A stretch of DNA of 64,000 nt, from assembly GCA_964016885.1 (NCBI GenBank), contig OZ024756.1:31372001-31436000 (forward strand), in the 5' to 3' direction. Numbering within the stretch: position 1 is the first letter of the stretch; the number at the start of each line of letters is the position of its first letter. Of this stretch, positions 14,559 to 28,876 are shown piece after piece. A program made the position numbers and the translations under genes. The notes under the pieces were generated by a model that worked only from the letters and a program-made list of their open reading frames with translations, made no database searches and was not told the DNA's origin. This stretch comes from Eledone cirrhosa (lineage: Eukaryota).

Positions 14559-15183
14559 TTGACTCTTAAGAGCTGCTTTGACAGGTTTTGTTTTTAGTCC
14601 TGCAGGATGTCCAAAGTCACCCTCCTCACCAAGAAACTTGGTGGGGTTGCCAGTTTAGTCGCCAACGACCCGACAATGAGACAGGTTGTACTGGGATACA
14701 TGTTACCAGTAGCACCAACTGGTGACCTGACACAAAGCAGCTCTTAAGAGTCAATGGCTATCCAAAATCACCGGGAGAGATGACCCCTTAGCCTTTGTCA
14801 AGGCAGATTTCTAGGAGAAGGAAAACTCTGATATAACACCTGCAACTCTGATGGTATCCAATGATGTTGACTTGTTCTTCTTTTTGGTAAATATCATCTT
14901 GGTTAAGAGAGTGGGACTGGCTTTGTGCAGTGCCTTTGCTCACTATAAAAGCTTCACGGCACAGGCATTGCTTTATATCTGGAGATCTCTCTGCACTTGT
15001 CGTCACATGGTACCATGGGCCCAGCACTATGTGTCAATAATTGTCACAAGTGTAGTGTTTGTACCAGAGTTTTCAAGTCGCTGGCTGGACTAAAAAGTCA
15101 CACTCGTTCAGCGCATCGGTAGGGGTTCTCCTACATGGTTATAAAGTAGTGGCCGTACTCGAAAACGAGTTGACAGCCACCAT
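14559..15183 (+). mobile_element. RTE-derived retroposon, copy 2, with inverted 5' segment
   Basis: 14559-14735 is the reverse complement of ~13928-14111. 14736-15183 matches ~14095-14541 in direct orientation. Confidence 0.85.
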
Positions 15184-15420
15184 GTATATATGTATGTATG
15201 TATGTGTGCACGTATGTATGTATGTGTGCATGTATGTATGTATGCATGTATGTATGTATGTATGTATGTATGTATGTATGTGTGCATGTATGTATGTATG
15301 TGTTTATGTGTGCATGTATGTATGTATGTATGTATGTATGTATGTATGCATGTATGTATGTATGTATATATGTATGTATGTGTGCATGTATGTATGTATG
15401 TGTGCATGTATGTATGTATG

Positions 15421-15451
<31 letters not shown>

Positions 15452-15631
15452 ATATGTATGTATGTATGTATACATGTATGTATGTATGTATATATGTATG
15501 TATGTCTGCATGTATGTATATATGTATGTGTGTGTGCAAGTATGTATGTATATATTTATGTATGTATGTATGCATGCATGTATGTATGCATGCATGTATG
15601 TATGCATGCATGTATGTGTGTATGTATGTAT

Positions 15632-16945
15632 GTTCGTTCTTCTGGTTTTATAATTTTATAAATTTTTAGCAATAGAGAGAGAGTCGGTTTCTAACATAGG
15701 AATTTACACATCAACTAGGTAGATATGTATGTATGTCTGCATGAATGTGTGTGTGTACAGGTATAGATGTTTTGTATGTGTAGATGTGGATGTTTTGAGT
15801 TATATGTGTGCATGTGTATATGCTTTGCATCTGTATATGTGTATATGCAGTTATTACATGCAAAATTTTTGGAATGTTTTACATATTTTTTACTGTTCCA
15901 TTAATGGATTGTACTTGTAATTTCCTAACTAGTTGTGTTCTTTCTGTTCCTGTGAAGCCTAGCTTCTCAAGATTTGTATTGAAGCAGTTACTAACATATC
16001 CCAGTGCCCCAATAATCACAGGCATAAATCTGAAGGTGTAATCAGTGTGGAATATCTGCAGATTTCTCATCAGTTCTGCATAAATGTTCTCCTTTTCATT
16101 AATCTTTGATATTATATTGGCATCTGCTGGGCAGCTAACTTCCACTACTGTGCATGCTTTCTTCTCCCTGTCCCATATCATAATATCTGGTCTGTTATGC
16201 CTGCAATTTATTGGGGGTTTTACTGGAACATTCCACCAGTACTCTTTCATATTATGTACATGGATGTCTTCCACATTGCGGTAGCTTTTAATGTGTTTAT
16301 TATCGGAGCTATCTTTTTTACGAACTGCATTGTACAGTGTTTTGGCCACTACATCATACCTCATAGGTAGATAGTACTGCGATGACATCTTTGGACAGCT
16401 GCTGATGACATGGGTGATATCCTCGATGTTAGTTCTGCAGAGTCTGCACTTGTTATCACATCTAGGTGTTTTGCCTGCATCTCTATCTCTTTTGTGAATC
16501 AGGTATTTCGTGCTAGTCTCCTGTTCCTGGATTGCAAAAGCGTATCCTTCAAAGTGGGAGCCAATATAGCGGTTGTTGGTTCAAGATAGACTACTGTCCT
16601 TATCTATATTACTCTCACTCTAGAGCTTCCTGGCAACATATCCATGCATGATTTTTTGCTGATAAGCATGCAGTTTTTCATCCATGGATTCACTGCGATA
16701 CTGCTGAGCGACATCCCTGGGTGTGAGTTTTTGATTATCACACAGGGAAAATCTCTCGAGGAGTTCCTTCCCAACTCTCATGATCTTATCTGTTTCATGC
16801 AGATAGACTTGCTCGAGAAACGGGCTCCTACGCTTCGAGGTTCGTAGATGATGTCGGGGAGATATGATGCGACATTCAAATGTTGTCTGGACTGCTTACG
16901 TTTCAAGTAAAGGCGGTCTATGTCACTGTTGATGTGGAAGTTATA
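15632..16945 (-). mobile_element. 5'-truncated R4/Dong-like non-LTR retrotransposon (RLE endonuclease), decayed
   Basis: Translation gives NFHINSDIDRLYLKRK ... MHGYVARK ... FEGYAFAIQEQ ... CRLCRTNIEDITHVISSC (CCHC) ... HNRPDIMIWD..KACTVVEVSCP ... EKENIY ... PVIIGALG (PD-(D/E)xK RLE). In-frame stops upstream of ORF 15879-16388. The 3' UTR runs into (CATA)n. Confidence 0.88.
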
Positions 16946-16955
16946 TTATTATTAT

Positions 16956-17032
<77 letters not shown>

Positions 17033-17148
17033 AATCTTTATAGCCTTCAGCTCAGATGTATGTATGTATGTATGTATGTGTGTGTGATTGTATGTATGTG
17101 TGTGTGTATGTATGAATCTATGTATGTATGTATGTATGTTTTTATGTA

Positions 17149-17204
<56 letters not shown>

Positions 17205-17326
17205 AGTTGCAGTTGTGGTAGTAGAAATAATAGTAGAACTGGTTGTAGTGATACTATCAGTGATAGCATTAGTAGTAGGTGTAGTAGTAGAATTAGTAGT
17301 ACTAGCAATAGTATAGAAGTCGCAGC

Positions 17327-17441
<115 letters not shown>

Positions 17442-17704
17442 ATTCTTTATAGCCTTCAGCTCAGATTATATTGCCAAAAGCAATGTAGATTACACCCAAT
17501 GTTTCTTTGTTTCTTTATTTCTTTGTTTCTTTCTCTCTGATATATATATATATATATATATACACACGCACACACAAACACATTCATAAGTATATAGATA
17601 TATTCAGAGGAGTCCTTTATAATCCTTCAAAATTGTACGGTCAGGTTTTGAAAGAGATTTGAATAATATTTCTACAAGATTCCCACCAGCATCAATTTCT
17701 AACT

Positions 17705-17893
17705 CTAATGCACACATACAACTCAAAACATACACATCCACACATACAATAACATCCATATATACACATGCATACATACATATCTACCGAGTTGATATTG
17801 TGTAAATTCCAATGAGAGAGTCTTGTGTCTATGTTAGAAACCGACTCTCTCTCTCTATTGGTAAAACTTTGTGAAATTATAAAACCAGAAGAA
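17705..17893 (+). mobile_element. second 3' UTR fragment of the same R4/Dong-like family
   Basis: Matches the reverse complement of 15632-15815 (CTATGTTAGAAACCGACTCTCTC...AAATTATAAAACCAGAAGAA), followed by (CATA)n. Confidence 0.85.
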
Positions 17894-18514
17894 CATACAT
17901 ACATACATACATACATACATACATACATACATACATACATACATACATACATGCACACATACATACATACATACAATCACACACATACATACAATCATAC
18001 ATACATAAATACATACATAAATAGATGCATACAATCAAACATACATACATACATACATACATACATACATACATACATACATACATACATACATACATAC
18101 ATACATACATACATACATACATACATACATACATACATACATAGTATAATAAAACTACACAGCGGAGATAAATGATTTATCAATGAACGATTCTGTCAAA
18201 AGGATTGACGTGCTTCAGTTGTGGTATTCGGCTATTCTGTTACCGTGTTAATCTCTTAATCTCTTATTCTGCTACAGTTTCCCTCCTTCCTATAAAACGA
18301 GTGGAAAAACTCTTGCAAGTCATCGTTCTATTGTATTTTACTGTACTGCATCCTATTGTATATGTATTCTATTGTATCGCATAGTATTGTATATGCATTC
18401 TATTGTATTGTATAGTATAGTATTGTATTCTATTGTATTGTATTGTATTGTACTGAATTTTCGTATGCATGAAGCATTTTCATCTGTTGATGCTTCAATG
18501 TAAATCATTTAGTG

Positions 18515-18790
18515 TAGTGGATTGGACGAATTGGTGGAGCGTCGGACACCCTGCTTCGCGGCAGAGTGTTACACTCCTTTACGGTCCCAGTTAAAATCCT
18601 GCTGAGGTTAAAATTGTCTTTCACCCTTACGAGGTCGATAACATAAAGTACCAGTCATTCACTTGGGTTTATTTAATCGACTTTCCCCTCCCCAAAAGTT
18701 GTTGGTCTTGTGCCTGAATCAGAAACCATTATTATTATAACTTGAAAGGGAAGGGCGGTGAATTGGCAGTATCGGTAGAGCATCGGATAC
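18515..18790 (+). mobile_element. tRNA-derived SINE with Deu/Nin-like central domain (plus 5' fragment of a second copy)
   Basis: GTCTTTCACCCTTACGAGGTCGATAACATAAAGTACCAG core, 3' end TTGTGCCTGAATCAGAAACC(ATT)n. Confidence 0.8.
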
Positions 18791-18794
18791 CAGA

Positions 18795-19160
18795 CTCCAC
18801 CAGATCCAGTTGGATCCCCAATTGAGACCAGCCAAGCTCATGGATGCTATGCAACCATTTTGCTCTGGGTCTACTCCTGATTCTTTTGTCGGTTGGTTTT
18901 TTGCTTGTAATGTCTACCCAGCCATTCTTTCCTGAGATATTCTAACCACATACCCATAATATTAGAGCTACGATCTCCCAATTCGGAGAAGTAGTGGCTC
19001 TACCTGGAGTGACTCTCTGATCTCCGGACTACAGATCTGTCAAGCGATTCTTTCCTGAGACATTCTATCCCCATGCTCATAGTGTCGGGGCTGTGATCTC
19101 TCAATTCGGAGAAGTAGTGGCTCTACTTGGCGTGATTCTCGGATCCTATCAAAGACCCTT
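18795..19160 (-). pseudogene. RTE LINE fragment (post-RT region) with 123-bp tandem duplication
   Basis: Minus translations EIRESLQVEPLLLRIGRS.L.YYGYVVR and KRIRSRPRAKWLHSIHELGWSQLGI resemble RTE motifs IERSQLRWYGHVVRM and RGRPRxRW. Confidence 0.7.
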
Positions 19161-19484
19161 CAGACGAATCCCATTTCGGTACAACTCATTTTACTAATTT
19201 TCTCAGCTGAGTGATGTAAATTTATTTGAAATAAAATGTCCTGATCAAGGAAAAAGGTTGACACTGGGAAAAGAACTAGCGATTCTAAGTCGAATTCCAT
19301 AACCGCTAAACCAGGTATCGTCACTTACAAAATAATACTACGATTCTCTCAAAAGAAATCAATATTTTAGTTTTCAGGCAGATTTCCTAACAAACTAAAC
19401 GATAACACACCAAGATTTTTAGATAGATGCAGGCCGGGAGGAGTCTGGCGTCATAAAATGAGACAGATTTATATATCTATATAA

Positions 19485-19588
<104 letters not shown>

Positions 19589-19702
19589 ATATATATTTAT
19601 GTGGGAGGGGGGGGGGGGGGGGGGGTTGTGTCTGTTTTTAGTTTGTACGTGTATAAATGTGTTTATGTATACATGAATGAATATATACGTATATCTATAT
19701 AC

Positions 19703-19739
<37 letters not shown>

Positions 19740-19743
19740 TGAA

Positions 19744-19826
<83 letters not shown>

Positions 19827-19896
19827 CTATTTACATTTATGTGAGTGTTTGTCGACCCGATCGGATAGAGACCATTAAGTTTGAAGTAAACAATAA

Positions 19897-19953
<57 letters not shown>

Positions 19954-20099
19954 ACAGAAAATGTAGTAAATATATTGAAATACATTAGAATACAGTAAAA
20001 TGTCAAATATAATAAAATGCATATTTCATATCTAATTATATTAAAATATAGTTAAATCTAATCAAATATTATATATGTGTGGGTGTATGTGTTTATTGT

Positions 20100-20161
<62 letters not shown>

Positions 20162-20332
20162 GTATATATACATATGTATATATATATATATATACATATG
20201 TATGTATATATATAAATATACACACATATATATATACACACATATATATATACACACATATATATATATATATATACACACATATATATACATATGTATA
20301 TATATATATATATATACATACATATGTATATA

Positions 20333-20643
20333 TTTTCTTCTTTTTGGTAAATATCATCTTGGTTAAGTGAGTGGGACTGGCTTTGTGCAGTGCCTCTGCT
20401 CATTATAAAAGCTTCACGGCACAGGCATTGCTTTATATCTGGAGATCTCTCTGCACTTGTTGTCACATGGTACCATGGGCCCAGCACTATGTGTCAATAA
20501 TTGTCACAAGTGTAGTGTTTGTACCAGAGTTTTCAAGCCGCTGTTTGGACTAAAAGGTCACACTCGTTTAGCGCATCGGGAGGGGTTCTCCTACATGGAT
20601 ATAAAGTAGTGGCCGTACTCGAAAACGAGTTGGCATCCACCAT
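20333..20643 (+). mobile_element. RTE-derived retroposon, copy 3 (5'-truncated)
   Basis: Near-identical to 14231-14541. Confidence 0.9.
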
Positions 20644-20721
20644 ATATATATATATATACATATATAGTAATAATAATAAATGTGAAGTCTAACATATGAA
20701 GCGGGCTCGATAAATATATAT

Positions 20722-20776
<55 letters not shown>

Positions 20777-21170
20777 TATTTCTTTATTAGCCACAGGGGC
20801 ACAAAAGAAGGGGACAAATACAAAGGGGGAAGTTTACATACAATAAAAACGTGTAAAATGTTATCACAGATGGAATTTAAAAGTTAGTCGATTTTCCCCA
20901 GTAGAGGGAGACAGTTTATATGGGTAACACATAACCCCGAAAAAAAATGTGCAACCCTCATCTCCAGGAGTACGAAGAGCTTGTACTCCTTTCCTCTCCT
21001 CCTCCTTTTCCTCAACCTACAGGCTGATATAGAGAGAAGGCCCATTCACTCGGGCCATTCTCGCCACTTTCACCCACCTTTCATAAAACTTGCTGGGGTA
21101 CAGCACCTCTCTCTCCATCCTGATTCTTCTTCCAAAGTGGTATTTGAAAAAAGAATCAGTTGTTGGCCGG
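20777..21170 (-). mobile_element. 3' end of a Tx1/L1-clade LINE inserted in (GATA)n
   Basis: Minus translation FKYHFGRRIRMEREVLYPSKFYERWVKVARMARVNGPSLYISL* resembles Tx1-type ORF2 C-termini. The 3' UTR has AATAAA then (TATC)n. (GATA)n on both flanks. Confidence 0.6.
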
Positions 21171-21174
21171 ATAG

Positions 21175-21282
<108 letters not shown>

Positions 21283-21900
21283 GATATGTCCTTCACTAAG
21301 ATACTATATATCACGTTATTCCTAACAGAAGTTACGTTCGGTGGATAGGATCAGCACTGGAAAGACCAATGGAAAGACCAACGGAAACCTTGTCTCCTGC
21401 GCCCGATTCGACGAGTTCTAACAGACGTGATAAGCAAATAAGGTCTGGGAAATTGTTGATCGATTTTAAGAGGGGTTCATAAATAAAGTACCAGAGCTAG
21501 TGTATCCCTTCCTAAATCCATCCCTCAATCCGCCCCTCCCCCATCTTTCATATCATGGATCAAAGGAAGGAGGGTTATGGCGGTGCCTGCTTCTGTTGGA
21601 GTCTGGATGGGTTACCTGAAATCTTTAATAAATGTGTGGCATAAGTTACCAAGTCATACTCAATTGGTAGTGACAGCTGTTGTAATATTTATATATTTAT
21701 ATATTTATTTATACTATATTGGCATAATAAATCATATGTGTATGTATGTATGTATGTCTATATGTATATATATATATATATATGGGTGTGTGCTATGTAT
21801 ATAAACATATCTATATATATATGTATTTTTACGTATATTGGCATAATAAATCCTATGTGTATGTATATATATATGTGTGTGTGTGTGGGCGTGTGGTATG

Positions 21901-21933
<33 letters not shown>

Positions 21934-22107
21934 TCATGTAAGTTTGCATGTATATATATATGCATGTAAATATTTGTGTATGTATGTATGCGTATGTATG
22001 TTTGCATTTATGTCGCTCTGTCTATTTATATGTATGTATGTATGTATGTATAGATTTGGACACGCAATGGGAGTGGAAATCTATATAAAAATATAAATAT
22101 TAATATA

Positions 22108-22191
<84 letters not shown>

Positions 22192-22846
22192 GGATAAAAA
22201 TAAAAGGTGGAAAGAAAAAATGTAGAAGTGTTCTTGATAGTTTACGGTAAATTTAGATTAGAATTTGGAAATATTCCTCGCAGTATTTCGAAGCTTGTTA
22301 CCTAGCAATGGAAGAGCGTAAAGATAAGAATTCAAAGAATAAAAACTACCAATCAGGTTTAAAGAGAGATAAAGTAAGAAGATTAAAGTATTCTCGCTCT
22401 TTTAGTAATGGCGGCTGCTTTTTATGTGAATGAAAATATCGCAGCTGTGCTTATTATTGATATGTTGGACTGTTTGTAGCTTGACACATAGCGTATGACG
22501 TTTGTTGCGTGCTATATTTAGTCTGAGCAAACTAGGTATTATGTACGTGTATGTGGTTTACTTGATTTTGCTAGATATGGCAACCAAATGGACCTCAAAT
22601 CACACACTGTGTCTTTTCATGAATAATGAAAGGGTCATGGGAGAAAAGTAGAAAGAGACGCTTGCGGTCAACTAACCACACGTCCAACATTTTTCCACCG
22701 CCAACATTTATTTACCAAACACCATCAAATGTTTTAGAGTTAGTATAAATGAATTGTAGAGGCTTTTCCTAATAAAATCAAATTATTTTCATACATATAT
22801 ATACACACATACATACATACATATATATATATTATATATATATATT

Positions 22847-22907
<61 letters not shown>

Positions 22908-22967
22908 ATATATATATATATATACATATTTATATATAGAGAGAGAGAGAGACTAGGAGAGAGAGAG

Positions 22968-23002
<35 letters not shown>

Positions 23003-23100
23003 CACATAAATATATATATGTATATAACCTTATATATACAGAGGTGTACTTCCTCACACGTATCTATGTATATGCCTATATTTGACTCTATATACATATA

Positions 23101-23184
<84 letters not shown>

Positions 23185-23193
<9 letters not shown>

Positions 23194-23360
23194 AGAGATT
23201 CTACAGGACTAGAACTGTTTCATTCGTGAGAAATCATCATTTCTCACGAATGAAACAGTTCTAGTCCTGTAGGAGCTCTTCTATATTAAAACTTTTATAC
23301 TCTGCTATGTATTGAGTACCTTACCTACTGTGGTTACCTCCGATTCAACCCGGACTAACT
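23185..23360 (+). mobile_element. (TA)n-flanked palindromic Penelope-like 3'-end insertion
   Basis: 50-bp arms (23185-23234 / 23239-23288, 2 mismatches) with a 4-nt loop, GAAACAGTTCTA after the apex hairpin, and a tail containing ATTGAGTACC. Confidence 0.7.
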
Positions 23361-23385
23361 TATATATATATATATATATATATGT

Positions 23386-23436
<51 letters not shown>

Positions 23437-24240
23437 TGTGTGTGTGTGTGTGTGTGTCTGTGTGTATGTATGCATATTTGTGTGCGTGTATATTTGTGTG
23501 CGTGTGTGTATGATTGTGTGTATGTATGCATGTGTATATATAAGTGTATATGTGTGTGTGTATGTGTATCTCCATAAATATGTTGGTTGTTTCATTGTTA
23601 ATACATATATAATATAATATATTGATATAGTCTGCTTTGTAGTGAGGGAAAATATGAATAGATAGAGGTCCGAGGACTTGCTATTATTAAACTATTATGA
23701 TTTAATGAATTTCAGATACCCCGAAATAAGAAAAGACATAAGAGGGTGGTAAAAAAAAAACCTAATGAATCAATTATACCCTACATTGAGATATTGATTA
23801 ATATCGATCTCTTATAGAATATAATAGCAACTAGTAAGATGTAAAGAACTCTTTAGATTTATATTGAACTTTTAAAGAGGTCACGGTGGTGTATAGTGGA
23901 GTTGGTGGATTGCGGAGTTGGGTAGAGATAGGTCTTCATTGATTCCTTCGTTGGTCAATAGGAAAAAGTATTTTTAGAATGAATTGTATTATGGTTTTTG
24001 ATTATATATTTGTTTCTTTCTTACTTTCTCGCTTTTTTTCTTTCTTTGACTGTTGGAAATATGTCAGAAAATATCTGAGTAAATTGTAAAGTATGTTTTG
24101 AAACATGGAAAATGGAAGAACTGTGGAAATTATGGGTGGAAATTATGGGCATGTATGAATATTGTAGAAAATATTGTCTGTTTAATGACCCTGTATCATG
24201 TAATATGTATGTTTAACCATCTGTGTGTGTAGGGGAGGGG

Positions 24241-24372
24241 GTAAAAGGTAAACAGAAGTAAGAAAAATAAGAAAACAAACGGCACAGTATATAGAAGAAA
24301 TATATTAGTTTAATGTTTGAAATAACAAGAAGAGAGTTTTAACGTTTCGGACATTTGTCAGCCATCATTGAG
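24241..24372 (-). mobile_element. HHR-bearing short element, decayed copy (family of 50804-50945)
   Basis: Shares the GTAAAAGGTAAACAGAA terminus. Minus strand ATGATGG C TGAC AAAT GTCC GAAA CG TT is a mutated HHR. Confidence 0.75.
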
Positions 24373-24523
24373 AGAGAGAGCGGGAGAGAGAGAGGAGGGG
24401 AGACAGAGAATGAAAGAGAGAAGGGGAGAGAGAGAGAGCGAGTGAAAGAGAGAGTGAGAGTCAGAAAGAGAATATTAAATAGAGCGAAGGTCATATGCAG
24501 TTGTATGTAAGTTTATTTTCACA

Positions 24524-24606
24524 TCAATGATGTATATTTCGCTAGGGTTTGACGACTCTGTACTGCTCTTCCTGCCGAAACCCTCGGTCCGAGCTCATCA
24601 GATGGT
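24524..24606 (-). ncRNA. type I hammerhead motif with branched stem II, partly decayed
   Basis: Minus strand: ACCAT CTGATGA GCT CGGACCG AGGGTTT...AAACCCT AGC GAAA TATACA TC ATTGA, with AATAAA shortly downstream. Confidence 0.65.
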
Positions 24607-25338
24607 ATAAAAATATTCAAAAAGCAATTTCAAACAACTTCAAAAGTGTTTATGATATGATGAGGCCGGAGGTTTGTGTTGTTGATTCTAGGCTTGCCGG
24701 GCATTTGACAGCAACGTAAACAAATATAAGCCAAACCCATGTTATTTACTAACTGAAACAAACGCAAACTATCAACCTTCTATCAACTCGACACTTCATA
24801 TTTATTCTTCACAGGACATACATTATCGAATATATTAGCTGAGCTTAGATCTGGAAAACGAATGGTCTGCGTCGGGTTAATCTGATCCATGGTTTAATTT
24901 GACTCAGTCGGATGATCAGAGCCCATAGAACATGGAACCATATAATACAACACCAAGTACTTTTAAAGAACACAAATACCTTGAAAACATTTCTCTTCCT
25001 TTCTTTATGTATTTGGATTTACAGTAATAATGTTGTAATGCATGAAAATATGTAAATATTAAACAAACTGAGCAAAGCTATATATGTGTGTGTGCGTTCA
25101 TATACACAGGCATACATACAAAATTGCATATAGATATATAGATATATATGTGTGTATATATTACATATATAGCTATGGGTATATATATATGTGTGTGTAT
25201 ATATATGTATACATTTACAGAAACCGAATTTCCATAATTCATTAGGGAAAAAGGCAGAGGTGAATAATATAAACATTTTCTACGCGATAAAGATAAATAC
25301 ATTTTTCTCGCAGAAAATATTTAAACCTATTCTGCTCA

Positions 25339-25384
<46 letters not shown>

Positions 25385-25426
25385 TTGTTGTGTGCGTACG
25401 AGTGTGTGTATATAGGTTTTCATATG

Positions 25427-25501
<75 letters not shown>

Positions 25502-25572
25502 TCATACATATATATGAATACATATGTATGTAAATATATGTTTATATAGATATATGTATACATACATATATC

Positions 25573-25608
<36 letters not shown>

Positions 25609-25620
25609 CATATATATATA

Positions 25621-25675
<55 letters not shown>

Positions 25676-25827
25676 TTGTATGTATGTATGTATGTATATG
25701 TATATAATATATGTATCATATATAAATATATAAATACACACGAATAAACACATATATATCATATATATGTGGAGAGAACGAGAGGGGGAGAAGGGGAGAG
25801 TGAAAGAGAGAGTGGGAGAGAGAGAGA

Positions 25828-25893
<66 letters not shown>

Positions 25894-26077
25894 AAGAAAA
25901 AAATCCTTTAAATATTTTCTTCGGGAATAGAAGATGGTGGCAGAGACAAAATGAACCAGCTTGGATAATAGAATTAAAATACAAAAACAGTAAAGTGATG
26001 AACTATAGAAAGGAAAGAAAAAATATAGACATCTCAACACAGCAAGACAACATATTCATTATGGTTTATTAATGATA

Positions 26078-26124
<47 letters not shown>

Positions 26125-26222
26125 GTGTCTGTGTGTGTATATATAATCTATACATACATATATATATATAGATGCACATATATATTTACACATATATTTA
26201 TGTATATACATATATATTTATG

Positions 26223-26322
<100 letters not shown>

Positions 26323-26375
26323 AATATATATATAAACACATGTATACACACATATATATTTATTCAGATATATAC

Positions 26376-26432
<57 letters not shown>

Positions 26433-26521
26433 GACATGTGTATATGTGTATACACATGAATATAAACATATATATATATATATATATATTTAGATATATA
26501 CATATATAGACATAAATATGA

Positions 26522-26558
<37 letters not shown>

Positions 26559-26561
26559 TAT

Positions 26562-26638
<77 letters not shown>

Positions 26639-26889
26639 TATATACATATAATATATATATATATACATGTATAATATTATGTGCACAAGAATATTTATGG
26701 CAAATAGAAAAATCGATGTGTGTACGTGTATTTGAAACTACCATTGTGATTATATTCACTAGAATTTGAACAGTGGGGATAACATAGCAGTTAAATATTT
26801 ATATAATATTGTATGAGAGAGATAGTAGAGAGAGAGGAAAGAAAGAGATGGTAGAGAGATAGGAGAGAGATAGAAGAGAGAGGAGAGAG

Positions 26890-26928
<39 letters not shown>

Positions 26929-27861
26929 GAGAGAGATAGGAGAAAGATAGGAGAGAGGAGAGAGAGAGATGGGAGAGAGATATGAGAAAGATAGGAGAAA
27001 GGAGAGAGAGATTGTGGTGGTGTTGGTGGTGGTGGTGGTGGTTGTGGTGATTGTGGTGGTTATGGTAGTATTGGAGGTGGTGGTTGTGGTGGTCATGGTG
27101 GTATTTGAGGTGGTGGTTGTGGTGGTTGTGGTGGTTGTGGTGGTATTGGTGATGGTCGTTGTGGTATTGGAGATGGTGGTTGTGGTGGTTGTGGTGATAT
27201 TAGAGCTGGTCGTTGTGGTGGTTGTTTTGGTAAGAAAGGGAAATGAGAAACGATTCGATTCATACTTTAGCAATCGTGAAACTATTATTTTAGTTTTATT
27301 TAATCACCCACCGGTATAAATCATAAATCATTGACTAGTCTACAACTAAACAGACAATCCAACGAGTCAAATGCATACATATATATGTAAATATATATAT
27401 ATATATATTACTTTATAATATATATATATATATATATTCGGCTGATATAGGGGTTGCCTCCCTTGCCGATCCCCACGTGGGGTCAGCAATAGTCAGTCCT
27501 TGTATTAACATTGAACTAAAACCTGTTAAGAAAGTGGCTTCCTTGTTCAATCATCTTACCAGAAGCCTGACATTATTTATGTAAGCGGGTAAGCGGACGG
27601 TACTTGATTTAGGAGCCGTAGAAACCCATATACTGGATTTTACCAATCTTCCAGGGGTCCGGGTAAATTTTCAATACCCGAATTACTTGATCGTTTTTTT
27701 GGGCTATGCGAATGATTGTTTAACCATCATCTCAGTGTGTTTGGTTTTTAACGTTTGTTATAGCTCTAGTTCACCTGAATCATTGAGCACTTGCCGCACA
27801 TCTCGTAAGTTGTTTTTCGTTATTTCGTGGGCCGAAATGCGAATCTCGATAATTTATGTTT

Positions 27862-27932
<71 letters not shown>

Positions 27933-27935
<3 letters not shown>

Positions 27936-28347
27936 TTTCTGAATTTGTTTAGCAAGATTCTTTATCTGAAATCGTGTGTTGAAACCGATATTGTTATACT
28001 TTGGGAGGGTCATGTTGCCAATAAGAAACACACGCACCAGTTGCTTTCACTTCAATTTATTATAATAAATGTATAATAAGTTTATAAATTTATAAATTTC
28101 TGGTTGGTTGGTTCCACAACCAGATAGTTGTTTATATATTGTCATAGTTCTTTCCAGTCACTGAAGAGGTCACAGAGTGTGTGACGAAAGAACTATGACA
28201 ATATATAAACAACTATCTGGTTGTGGAACCAACCAACCAACCAGAAATTTATAAATTTATAAACTTATTATAAATTTATCATAATAAATTGAAGTGAAAG
28301 CAACTGGTGCGTGTGTTTCTTATTGGCAACATGACCCTCCAAAGTAT

Positions 28348-28354
<7 letters not shown>
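27933..28354. mobile_element. (TA)n-flanked head-to-head palindromic element with HHR at apex
   Basis: ~167-bp arms 27988-28154 / 28186-28354 with a 31-nt spacer. Same family as 63118-63300. Confidence 0.85.
28157..28199 (+). ncRNA. minimal type I hammerhead ribozyme motif
   Basis: GTCA CTGAAGA G GTCAC AGAGTGT GTGAC GAAA GAAC TA TGAC: stem I GTCA/TGAC, 5-bp stem II, CUA site. Confidence 0.82.
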
Positions 28355-28427
<73 letters not shown>

Positions 28428-28554
28428 AAGTAAAATGACAGGAGGCCAAATATGTTGAATTTACTTAACTATATTTTTCTGCAAACAGTATGCACATTTC
28501 AGTGGCCAGGTTGCGTAAGAACCCGGTAACATCTTCAGGCGTAATTGCGCAATA

Positions 28555-28610
<56 letters not shown>

Positions 28611-28625
28611 GTATATATATATATA

Positions 28626-28829
28626 TAGGAACGAGTATGACCCCGACGGCTGAGCTCAAGCCGTTTCGACGGCTAATTCTGGACTAAAAAAAAGTCCAGA
28701 ATTAGCCGTCGAAACGGCTTGAGCTCAGCCGTCGGGGCCCTACTCGTTCCTATTACCCACTCTACTACCCTAAGTATTGAGTACTTTGGTGCGTTATGGT
28801 CCACCTGGTTCCTTACCACATTTCCTCCG

Positions 28830-28832
<3 letters not shown>
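28626..28832 (+). mobile_element. family A (TA)n-flanked element, palindromic copy
   Basis: 60-bp arms 28626-28685 / 28693-28752, then a tail to CCTCCGTT(TA)n. Other copies at 35217-35340(-), 51134-51197(+), 58457-58585(-), and a diverged one at 50577-50773. Confidence 0.85.
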
Positions 28833-28876
<44 letters not shown>

